The position numbers were made by a program, and so were the translations under genes. 64,000 nucleotides of DNA from an uncultured Chlamydiae bacterium (GTDB lineage Bacteria; Chlamydiota; Chlamydiia; Chlamydiales; Parachlamydiaceae). Position 1 is the stretch's first letter; each line of letters starts with the position of its first letter. The notes beneath the pieces are model-generated. The model saw nothing but the letters and a program-made list of their open reading frames with translations. It had not been told where the DNA came from and ran no database searches. Positions 19,486-27,994 of the stretch are shown piece by piece. The stretch lies in the NCBI GenBank assembly GCA_963754655.1, contig CAVWGN010000001.1, forward strand, positions 512,001-576,000, read 5' to 3'.

Positions 19486-21036
19486 ATGCCAATCATTTCC
19501 TTTCACTCTTTGCTGACTAAGCGTTTGCTGCTTTTACTTGCTGCCAAAGCCTTTATTCTCATAGCTATCATTGTCTATGCTGGAATTGAATTAGGTCCAG
19601 ACGAAGCGCAGTATTGGACATGGAGCCAGGCTTTGGATTGGGGGTATTACAGCAAACCACCTGGTATTGCTTGGCAGATTTGGTTGGGCACCCAATTATT
19701 TGGTCAAACAGAAGGGGGAGTGCGTTCGCTCACGGTTCTATTAGCCTTTTTTCAAGCTTGGGCCATTTATCAAGTGGCTTTAAAAGCAGGATTATTACCA
19801 CGAACAGCCTTTTGGTGCGGCCTATTCATGGCACTTTCCCCTCTAGGCATTTTGGGATCCTTTTTTGCTATTACTGATGTGGGATTTCTTCTCTGTTGGA
19901 CGGGAGCTTGTCTCAGTGTTGTTTCAGCTCTCCATCAAAAGCAAGAACCTCATCCCTTCATCATAGGAGGGTGGGTGATGGCAGGCGCTTTGTTTAAATG
20001 GCCTATCTATTTCTTTTGGATTTTCTTTTGTTTGGGCCGCTATTGGTATTTTCCTCAACAAAAAAGAAGTTCTATTTTGGGAGGAATTTTGCTGTCTTTA
20101 GTGGGGTTACTTCCCAGCGTTTGGTGGAATTGGTCACATGATTGGGCAACGTTTCGTCATGTTTTGGCTACTCTTCAAGGAGGAAGTGGACAACGATCAA
20201 CTGGCAACCTAGTAGAATTTTTGGGCTCTCAGGCAATGCTCTTATCGCCTGTCCTTTTTATTCTGCTGATGTGTGGACTTTGGCAGTGGCTGTGTCAAAA
20301 AAAACATTTAACTCCGGCTTTATATTTTTGTGGATTTGTGACACTCGTCAGTTTAGGTTGTGCAGTTTTCCTCTCTTGTTTCCAAAAAATCCAAGGCAAT
20401 TGGATCATTCTTGCTTATCCTACGGGCTTAGTTATTCTTGGATGGGACTCTTTTCAAAACTCTTCCTTAAGAGCTTGGTGGGCAAAAATGGGAGTTGGAT
20501 TATCTGTAATTTTAACTTCTTTATTTTTCTTTTTTCCCTCTTTTTATACTGTTCCAAATCTTGTTTCTTACACCCCCTCTTATCGATTCAATCCTTTTAA
20601 GCATAATCTGGGTTGGACAATGCTGCAAAACGCTCTTACTAGTCAGGGTTATGATCCCCATAAGCACTTTCTGGTAAGCGATAAATATCAAACAACGAGT
20701 ATTTTAAGTTTTTATGGAGAGGGTCAGCGCCGTGCTTATTTTCTCAATCTTCAAGGTGCGCGTCACAATCAATTCTCTTATTGGCCAAGTTTGCAGGAGG
20801 AACAGCAAGAAAAGACAGGGTATTTTGTCTGGATAGAAAACATGCCTCATCTAGAACGTCATTGGCAAGCAAAATTCAATTTTTATCAAAGCGAGCTTCA
20901 GCACTATTTTGAAGAGGTAGAGTTTTTAGAATTGGCTCCATTGGTCTACGAAGGACCCTCTATTGCTAAGGGGGCATTGATCTTCCGCTGTCATCGGTGC
21001 AAGAATTTCTATCCCGCTCATTCTCAACTTTATTAA
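19486..21036 (+). CDS. GT-C fold glycosyltransferase (family 39/ArnT-like)
   Basis: PDEAQYWTWSQALDWGYYSKPPGIAW motif and many TM helices. Start (ATG 19486) uncertain. Confidence 0.88.
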   Translation: MPIISFHSLLTKRLLLLLAAKAFILIAIIVYAGIELGPDEAQYWTWSQALDWGYYSKPPGIAWQIWLGTQLFGQTEGGVRSLTVLLAFFQAWAIYQVALKAGLLPRTAFWCGLFMALSPLGILGSFFAITDVGFLLCWTGACLSVVSALHQKQEPHPFIIGGWVMAGALFKWPIYFFWIFFCLGRYWYFPQQKRSSILGGILLSLVGLLPSVWWNWSHDWATFRHVLATLQGGSGQRSTGNLVEFLGSQAMLLSPVLFILLMCGLWQWLCQKKHLTPALYFCGFVTLVSLGCAVFLSCFQKIQGNWIILAYPTGLVILGWDSFQNSSLRAWWAKMGVGLSVILTSLFFFFPSFYTVPNLVSYTPSYRFNPFKHNLGWTMLQNALTSQGYDPHKHFLVSDKYQTTSILSFYGEGQRRAYFLNLQGARHNQFSYWPSLQEEQQEKTGYFVWIENMPHLERHWQAKFNFYQSELQHYFEEVEFLELAPLVYEGPSIAKGALIFRCHRCKNFYPAHSQLY

Positions 21037-21160
21037 ATGCCTGAAGGTAAAGAAAGACTAGTCAAAGAATGTGCTTTTTTTTATAATAAAAGTGTAAAAA
21101 GTTTAGACTTACTGCTAATTGGGATTTTAGGCTAAAAGAGCCAATCAACGATATTTATTT

Positions 21161-21332
21161 GTTTAGGGACCATGACGCTAAAGGAAGAGTTTCGATTGCT
21201 TGTCAATTTAAGAACTCGAACTTTAGGAAGCGGACCCACTTGCACAAACCGTGTTGATCGTGCATTAGCCAGTCCCTTTTGGCGGTATTTTCATTTCGAT
21301 GCAAGTGTAGTCTACTGACGTTATGTTTAAAC
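21161..21332. ncRNA. Candidate structured non-coding RNA, family not recognised
   Basis: Nested stems plus a possible pseudoknot in an ORF-free gap between convergent genes; see findings. Confidence 0.3.
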
Positions 21333-21375
21333 ATGCTTGACATATATTTTCTTCATAATTTTTGAGTGCCTTATT

Positions 21376-23190
21376 TTAACCTTGAATATCGCTTTGATAT
21401 CTATGAATATTAAACTCTGCAATCAAATAGGGTGAAAAATAGGGAGGGGAAAGATAATTTTTTATTCCCCATTCAGGATGAATGAATAAAATTCCTTGTT
21501 CACCCATTTTCATTAAAGGAAAGCTAACGCGAAATGCTTTTATCGTACGATTCAAGTCCAAGATAGCACCTGCTTGATGGTCCTCAATTATATTTCCATA
21601 AATTGTTTTCAAAGTATATGAAACTCGAATCAATTGATCTTTAGATATATTTGCTCCTGTGCCTGGAATTATTGGTTGATAATAAAGACGATTTTTCTCT
21701 AAACACTTGATCTCAGAATTTGGTTTATTCTCTAGCTTCTGAAAGTGAGAAATTGCTAGAGATTTTTCATGATCATCAATACCTTCAAAAATTTGTTGAT
21801 AAATAAGAGGAAGAATAGTTGATAATTGATTTGATAGAATTAAATCAACTTTAGTCTTTTGCATAACTTCTAAGTGATGAATAACCGAAGATAATGAAAT
21901 CAATCCCTTATTGAATTTGTAATAACTCCATATTTTGAAACCAGTTAAGAAAGCCTGATCATGAAAAGACAGAGGATCTTCGGCTCTATGCAAAAAAGAA
22001 GTAACGTAATGGGCATCAATTTTTTTCTCGGCTTCTTGCATTCCTTTAATTAATTCCGAAAATTTATTTATTTTCTCATCCTCAAATTCATCATTAAAAC
22101 GATTAAAAATAGCTTGAGCAATGACCTGGGGAAAATCCATTTCACGATTTATATAAAAGATGTCTTTTACTAATTCATTTTCACTGAAAATTTTTACAGG
22201 TTCTCCATAAAAGTGAGACAAAATTTGCTCAAGCCATTGCGAGTGATCTAACATGTTGATAATTTTCAATTGAGTTTCTTGATAAGAGTTGATCAATACA
22301 TATGAAGAATTAGAGCGATCGATAGCTTTTCCAAAAATCAATTTTGGAGAATAATTTTCAAGAGCGTCTGAGGCAATATCTATTTTATCACTGATAGCAT
22401 TAAGTTCTTGCGCTAAAGAAGAATAACCTAAACTGGGTTGTATAGGGAAATTTTCAAAAGGTGGCATAAATTTTTTATTGTTCTTGCCTTTAAAGACAAT
22501 GAAATCATCGAAAGATAAAGAAGATTGTTTACAGATTTTTGAAGAATCTAAAATTTCTAGAATTTGCTCAAAACGACCCACATATAAAGAATTTTCCAAT
22601 CCAAAGCCCAGTAAAATTCCTATCAAAATATTATCATTTTTAAAAAAAGAAAAGAAATCTTGTTGGCTATTTTTTATCTCCCTTAACAATTTATCAGCCG
22701 TTAATTCTGGCCCCAAGGCATAACGAAAAAGAAGAGAGTGATTAGAAAATACTTTGTGAAATGCCTTTTTATTAATAAAAATAATATGTGAATGAGGTTT
22801 CTCATGTTCATCAGAAGTTTCCTTTATGAGAAAAATAAATTCGGAAGTTTCGGAAGGAAGAGACAATTTTTTCCAAATTCGTACACCTTCAGCTATAGAT
22901 GTAGAGAGATGATGCGTCATTTTCCCACTGAAATCAATATGGCCTATACTATAAGGTTCAATACAAATAGGTTTTTCCCCATATAAAACGTATCCAACCT
23001 CGGATCCCCAAAGAATTGCATGGAAAAATTCAGTAAGAGATTTCTTATCTCTTTCTGATAAAGTAATTACTAAATCAGCCTTCCCAAAAAGGGGTTTTAA
23101 ACAAAAAATAAAAGATAAAAAAATTATCAAGCAATTATGCAATTGTTTGAAAGCTTTAAAATGAAGGTTTAATTTTTCCAGATAGAACAT
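21376..23190 (-). CDS. Exported uncharacterised protein (YGEKP / GILLGFG domain) fused to a C-terminal FKBP-type (Mip-like) PPIase domain
   Basis: N-half paralogous to 26252-27163. C-terminus LYYQPIIPGTG...IRVSYTLKT...FPLMKMGEQGILFIHPEWG is FKBP-like. Confidence 0.75.
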   Translation of the reverse strand: MFYLEKLNLHFKAFKQLHNCLIIFLSFIFCLKPLFGKADLVITLSERDKKSLTEFFHAILWGSEVGYVLYGEKPICIEPYSIGHIDFSGKMTHHLSTSIAEGVRIWKKLSLPSETSEFIFLIKETSDEHEKPHSHIIFINKKAFHKVFSNHSLLFRYALGPELTADKLLREIKNSQQDFFSFFKNDNILIGILLGFGLENSLYVGRFEQILEILDSSKICKQSSLSFDDFIVFKGKNNKKFMPPFENFPIQPSLGYSSLAQELNAISDKIDIASDALENYSPKLIFGKAIDRSNSSYVLINSYQETQLKIINMLDHSQWLEQILSHFYGEPVKIFSENELVKDIFYINREMDFPQVIAQAIFNRFNDEFEDEKINKFSELIKGMQEAEKKIDAHYVTSFLHRAEDPLSFHDQAFLTGFKIWSYYKFNKGLISLSSVIHHLEVMQKTKVDLILSNQLSTILPLIYQQIFEGIDDHEKSLAISHFQKLENKPNSEIKCLEKNRLYYQPIIPGTGANISKDQLIRVSYTLKTIYGNIIEDHQAGAILDLNRTIKAFRVSFPLMKMGEQGILFIHPEWGIKNYLSPPYFSPYLIAEFNIHRYQSDIQG

Positions 23191-23227
23191 AATATTTAAT
23201 ATTTAGATTTTAATTGTTTATTTAGGC

Positions 23228-23479
23228 TTAGCGTCTTAGTGGGCATTTACAGCGATATGGGCATCTATTGCGAGGATTACAGCCCTCACAAGTTGGACAA
23301 TAAACAACATGCCCACACTCTGGATCCTTATATGTAACGATGAGACATAAGCCATCTTGTAACCAAGTTAAGTTTTTAACTGGAACTAATCCAAGATTCT
23401 CCAAATTCACAAAAATTCCTTCATTTGATATGACAATGAACGATTTGGTGTCAATATCTGAGGGAAGAGTCTTATGCAC
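23228..23479 (-). CDS. Small protein with Cys-rich C-terminus; 5' end uncertain, possibly disrupted
   Basis: EGIFVNLENLGLVPV core and CGHVVYCPTCEGCNPRNRCPYRCKCP tail. Similar to 25931-26125. Confidence 0.65.
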   Translation of the reverse strand: MHKTLPSDIDTKSFIVISNEGIFVNLENLGLVPVKNLTWLQDGLCLIVTYKDPECGHVVYCPTCEGCNPRNRCPYRCKCPLRR

Positions 23480-23661
23480 TAATATTGCACGGGTCTGTGC
23501 GGGGAGATGTAAGTAACCTTCATTCCTACCGTGACCGGATGATTCAAAAATTTGAGCCTTTGATCAAAACATTCCATGATTGAACTCAGGCATGTGCATA
23601 AAATGAGTTGCATTAGCTTTATGCGTAGGAGCCTGAAGGGCTCTAAATTGAAATAGCCCAG

Positions 23662-24060
23662 GGTTAGGGTGTTCATTTTGTGCAAAAATGAGCTTTATTT
23701 TTCACAATAATTGGCATAGTTGAATTGAAGGTCGCATGTTTATGCCGTCCTTTCAGGACTCGATGTCTTTTTGATAGAACCCAGGCCTCCGCTTCGCTGC
23801 GACCTGGGCTGTAACATGACGGCCCTTCAGGACTTAACAAGAGATGTTTAAGTCCCTCTTCTATAGTCCCTAAATCATCTTTTGTTAGGCCTGAAGGGCC
23901 GTCATGTTACAGCCCAGGTCGCAGCGAAGCGGAGGCCTGGGTTCTATCAAAAAGACATCGAGTCCTGAAAGGACGGCATAAACATGCGACCTTCAATTCA
24001 ACTATGCCAATTATTGTGAAAAATAAGGCTCATTTTTTGCACAAAATGAACACCCTAGCC
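23662..24060. repeat. Palindromic element family B, copy 2
   Basis: Near-identical to 512-916. Flanked by CCAG on both sides (23658-23661, 24061-24064). Confidence 0.95.
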
Positions 24061-24067
24061 CCAGGAT

Positions 24068-25911
24068 GGGATGAGAAAACGAGGGCTAAAAACCGATTTT
24101 TACACAGCTAAAATCGCTAACGGTTCTGGTTCCAATTTATTTGATTTTATAGTAAGTTCAATGACATCTGAATTTACTTTGCCCAAACTCAAAACTTCTT
24201 TTCGTTTTGCTAAATCCGTTTTGCCAATCCATGTTTCTTCCCATTCCTCCAACATTTCGACTGACACCGTTTCTAAAGCCTCTTGTAAGATATCACAATT
24301 ATTTTCCCCAACCATTCCTGCAAGACTTAGGATACTTTTAGTTATACTAGATGTCGCTTTGGTTCTCTCTACTATTATTTTCTGTCTTCCTATCAAAGAC
24401 TCTATTCCTTCGCTGCTTCCCACTAACACCTGTCCCTTGGATAGCACTCTACCTTCCTGTTTCAAAAAATAAAAAATCTCTTTTGCCAAATGTAGTGCTT
24501 CTGGTTTCAAACTTCTAAAGTGAAGTCTTGCTTTAAGAAAAAAAGTCGCATAGCTTCGTCTATGAAGACCTTCAGTTCTTACTAAATGCCTTGCCAAACG
24601 AATGATTTCTATCATCTGAGCATATTTTTCAATGACTTCTTCGAAATCGACTATCCAACCAGCTTTATCTTTTAATCTATTTATATCTAAATGGGGAATC
24701 GTCTCTTGCATTTGAAGAAGGTTTAAAATATCTTGTAGCCAATCAATTAAAATATCAGCATTCATGAATCGCGCTTTTTCTCTTTGTTTGGGAGGGCTCA
24801 AAAAAGCCTCTGGACTCTGTTTTGTCTTTTGTTTTGTATCTGTAATCAATTGAATTATGTGTTTCCAAGTATCATCTTTTTCCAGTTCCTTTTTTAATAG
24901 AATTGCTAGTTTATGGACCACATCATAGGTGTTTATTGTTTTTTCATGGTTTTGGCAATATAGTCTTACACCTTTATTTACATCACTGCCATGATCTGCC
25001 ACTATCTGCAGAAATGGGCCAATTTTTTCCGATATTTCTTCTAAAACATGCGCAACTTTTTCACCAGTTGATGAATTCATGGGTTGTAGCGCTAGTGGTT
25101 GGAAATCTTCATGATGAATATCAAAGCTGCCCCTTTTTTCAAACTTACTTTGTAATGTACTTAATTGAACTCCAAGAACTATTAAGCACTTTTGGTAACC
25201 AGCTTGAACTTTAAAATCAACAAGGATAATCCAATCTGAAGCCTTTTCCTTAGCCTTTATAAGCTTGTAAAGCCCATATCGTAAAAACCACAATTCGACG
25301 CTTTTCCATGAAGGCTGGAAATTGAAATATTTAAATATTGGAATGTTACAACTCTGCATGGAGATGAAAATTCGCTGAATCGCTCTAAATGCTATTGCAG
25401 CTAATGCAAGTGAAATCACAAAAAATATAAATAATATAGGATATTGATGTCGAGCGACCCTTCGATTGTTGCTAATTTCTTGCTCAATTATTGCACAAGC
25501 TTTTTTTTTAATTCATCAATTTGCTTGTCTTTGATTTTACTTTTCTCTTCCACCTCTTCTAATCTCGACTGAAGGCATTTTATCTGTTTGTTTAATGCCA
25601 AGATATTATCTTGTTCCTTTTGTAGCCTTTCTCCTAATCGTTTCTTATCAGTCATTAGAGCTTGAATCTTAGTTCTTTTTTCTGCGTTTCTTTGCTTCCA
25701 TTCATCACGACTTTCCTGGTAATGCTTCACTTGTTTACGTATATCTGAAGGACGCTCATGCTTTTGAGTGCTTTTTGAATCCATTTTATGCCTCATCTAA
25801 TTTTGAGCAATCAATTATAAAAGCCTCTTTTTAAAAAGCCAAGCGAATTTAAAATAGGAGGAAAAGCGTTCTAATAATTAGTTGTTAAATATTTTTTTGT
25901 TTTCTCATCCC
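24068..25911 (-). mobile_element. Insertion sequence, probably Mutator-like (IS256/ISLre2/ISKra4-related), 1844 bp
   Basis: TIRs GGGATGAGAAAAC / GTTTTCTCATCCC. 11-bp TSD AGCCCCAGGAT at 24057-24067 and 25912-25922. Confidence 0.9.
24100..25796 (-). CDS. DDE transposase in two ORFs (25488-25796 coiled coil, 24100-25419 catalytic) joinable by a -1 shift at A9G
   Basis: Motifs ILVD, VADHGSD, YDVVHKLA (DxxH), GSSEGIESLIG. The -1 frame from TTAAAAAAAAAG (25500-25511) is open into ORF2. Confidence 0.8.
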
Positions 25912-25930
25912 AGCCCCAGGATCGGTTTAT

Positions 25931-26125
25931 GTGGCTCCTGATGCCATTTATGTCAATATAGATGGGAATTTTGTTCCTGTTAATAGCGTCAAGATCGATG
26001 AAAATGGAGTTTATGTTGAGGGATTACAGACTGGTTGTATGGTTCATTGTGCAAGATGTGGCCAAACCTATGATCGGGAAAAATATACTGCGAGATGTCC
26101 TCACGATAAACCAAAGTATAGATAG
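25931..26125 (+). pseudogene. 5'-truncated small Cys-rich protein, paralog of 23228-23479
   Basis: Frame reads LAPGSVYVAPDAIYVNIDGNFVPV through the TSD back to the B element end, so the N-terminus is missing. Tail CMVHCARC...RCPH. Confidence 0.6.
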
Positions 26126-26251
26126 ATTTCAACTGTAGACTTAAATACGTTGGTGAAGAATTTGATGAGAATCGCTAGCTTCTCATCAATTCATTATTAA
26201 AGTTCATTGTTGTTTTTTTTATACCAATCTTCACATATTTTTTTTCCTGCT

Positions 26252-27163
26252 ATGTCAAATTCAATATTTCGCCTTCTCTTTTTTATATCATTTGTTTTTT
26301 TGATCCAATCCACTCTCTTTGCTAAGGTTGACTATTTGGAAAGAAAACAAAAACTACAGCAACAGTTGAATGCCATCCCTAAAGCAGATATTCAAGATAT
26401 TAAATTTTTATTTCATCATCTCTTTTATTTTCATGAAATTGGCTCTACTTTATTTGGAGATAAACCAGTATCGTTTTGTCAACCTGAATTCATTAACAGC
26501 TATGCAGAACTAGAAGTACATCAAGATATATATAGTTATTCTCAATCTATATTAAAACCAAGTAAGAATTATAAAAAAGAGTGGTTAATTTGGGAGAAAA
26601 ACAAGCACGTATTTGAAATTAAAAAATTTGTTATCGTTAGAGAAAGTCTCGGTGTTCTGTTATTGAACAAAGAAAATGTAAAAGATGTTGTAATTAAAAA
26701 CCGCGATATTTTTCATTCTATCATAAAAAACTTCGACGTAAATGAGTTCATAGAAAACGTTAAAAAAGGAAAGGGAGCGTTTGACTTGCTAGCAAGAAAT
26801 CATGAACTTTTTGGCATCCTACTGGGTTTTGGAGAATATAACTCACATCTTTTTCAAAGGTGCGAAGATCTTAATCCTTACGAGATTCCTGTGAATCTTA
26901 GAATTAAAATTCCTCCTTCTCCAGGATATAATTCAATTCAAAGCGAATTAGAGGATTTATCCCAAAAATTATGCAGTTTCAATGAATATGAGCGATGCTT
27001 TCCTCTTGTCACCTTTAATCGAGTCATATTTGCCACTGATCCTAACCATCCAGAAACAATTTTTCTTAGAAAGAAATATGAGGCTCAAAGGAAGAAAATT
27101 CATCAGATTCTTAATCGGGAAGATTGGTTTGAACAAATTCTTCTGCGATTGACTTCTGAATAA
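26252..27163 (+). CDS. Exported uncharacterised protein (LFGDKP / GILLGFG domain)
   Basis: Signal peptide from ATG 26252. Motifs LFGDKPVSF, HELFGILLGFGEYNS and PSPGYNSIQSEL shared with 21376-23190. Confidence 0.8.
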   Translation: MSNSIFRLLFFISFVFLIQSTLFAKVDYLERKQKLQQQLNAIPKADIQDIKFLFHHLFYFHEIGSTLFGDKPVSFCQPEFINSYAELEVHQDIYSYSQSILKPSKNYKKEWLIWEKNKHVFEIKKFVIVRESLGVLLLNKENVKDVVIKNRDIFHSIIKNFDVNEFIENVKKGKGAFDLLARNHELFGILLGFGEYNSHLFQRCEDLNPYEIPVNLRIKIPPSPGYNSIQSELEDLSQKLCSFNEYERCFPLVTFNRVIFATDPNHPETIFLRKKYEAQRKKIHQILNREDWFEQILLRLTSE

Positions 27164-27286
27164 AAGTGATGCAATGAACTTATTTGTATATTTGGGTCAG
27201 TACACACGGTAAGCTCGGCTTATCGTGCTTTATAATTCAAAATCTTAGATGAAATCAATTAAACTTTTGATGCCTACTATGAACAT

Positions 27287-27994
27287 TTACACGCAAGTGA
27301 CGACCTTGCGATGAGGCAGAGAAGCAATTTGCTCAATTTCGTTTATTTCTTTTTCCACTAAATTAAAATGATGGCTTAACTGTTCAACTAATTGATCTTG
27401 AAACAGTTCTGGATGGGGCCAATAGTCTCGCAAACGGCATAAAAACTCGGCATGCGAACGTCCTTGTCGATAAGCAGGCGTTTTAGGTGGCATGGCTAAG
27501 TAATCCATATATTCAAGACAATAATCCCAAAGCAGCGAACTATGATGCAGCCAACGTCCTCTAACAATGGACTGTGCATTGCCTCCCCATTTTCGCTCGT
27601 CTATTGCATAGTCGTTTTCCTGCAGCTGAAAGGAATGCAAAGAAAATAAAGGTCGATAAAGTGTTGCTGTCCATTGCATGAGAGGGCGAGGAAAAGGAGA
27701 AATGGGAAGAGCATCTGCTTGACAAATCAAAGTGACAAATAAGGTATTCTCATCCACAACAACTGTTCCTCCTCCGCTAAAACGGCGGATGAGAGGAATA
27801 GGCGCTTGCTCGAGTTTTGCTTGGTGGATCAAGTGCTGCACTTGTCCTGAGATTCCCATCACAATGGCTGGAGGCGATCCTTGATTGAAAATGCACCAAT
27901 TACGTGTATCAGCGCGTAAGAGAGCTTCTTCCCATTGTAATTGCTGGAGAATGGGAATAGAGGCCAATTTAATCAGATTTAATACTGGTTTCAT
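27287..27994 (-). CDS. lplA: Lipoate-protein ligase A family protein
   Basis: Motifs EEALLR, RRFSGGGTVVVD, ENDY, KWGGNAQ. ATGA overlap with the mnmG stop. Confidence 0.88.
   Translation of the reverse strand: MKPVLNLIKLASIPILQQLQWEEALLRADTRNWCIFNQGSPPAIVMGISGQVQHLIHQAKLEQAPIPLIRRFSGGGTVVVDENTLFVTLICQADALPISPFPRPLMQWTATLYRPLFSLHSFQLQENDYAIDERKWGGNAQSIVRGRWLHHSSLLWDYCLEYMDYLAMPPKTPAYRQGRSHAEFLCRLRDYWPHPELFQDQLVEQLSHHFNLVEKEINEIEQIASLPHRKVVTCV

Noticed and set aside
21200..21260. 6S RNA or riboswitch identity for the structured intergenic region
   Set aside because: Only a faint GACCCACTTG resemblance. The fold is multibranched and there is no co-oriented downstream gene, so it is left unassigned.
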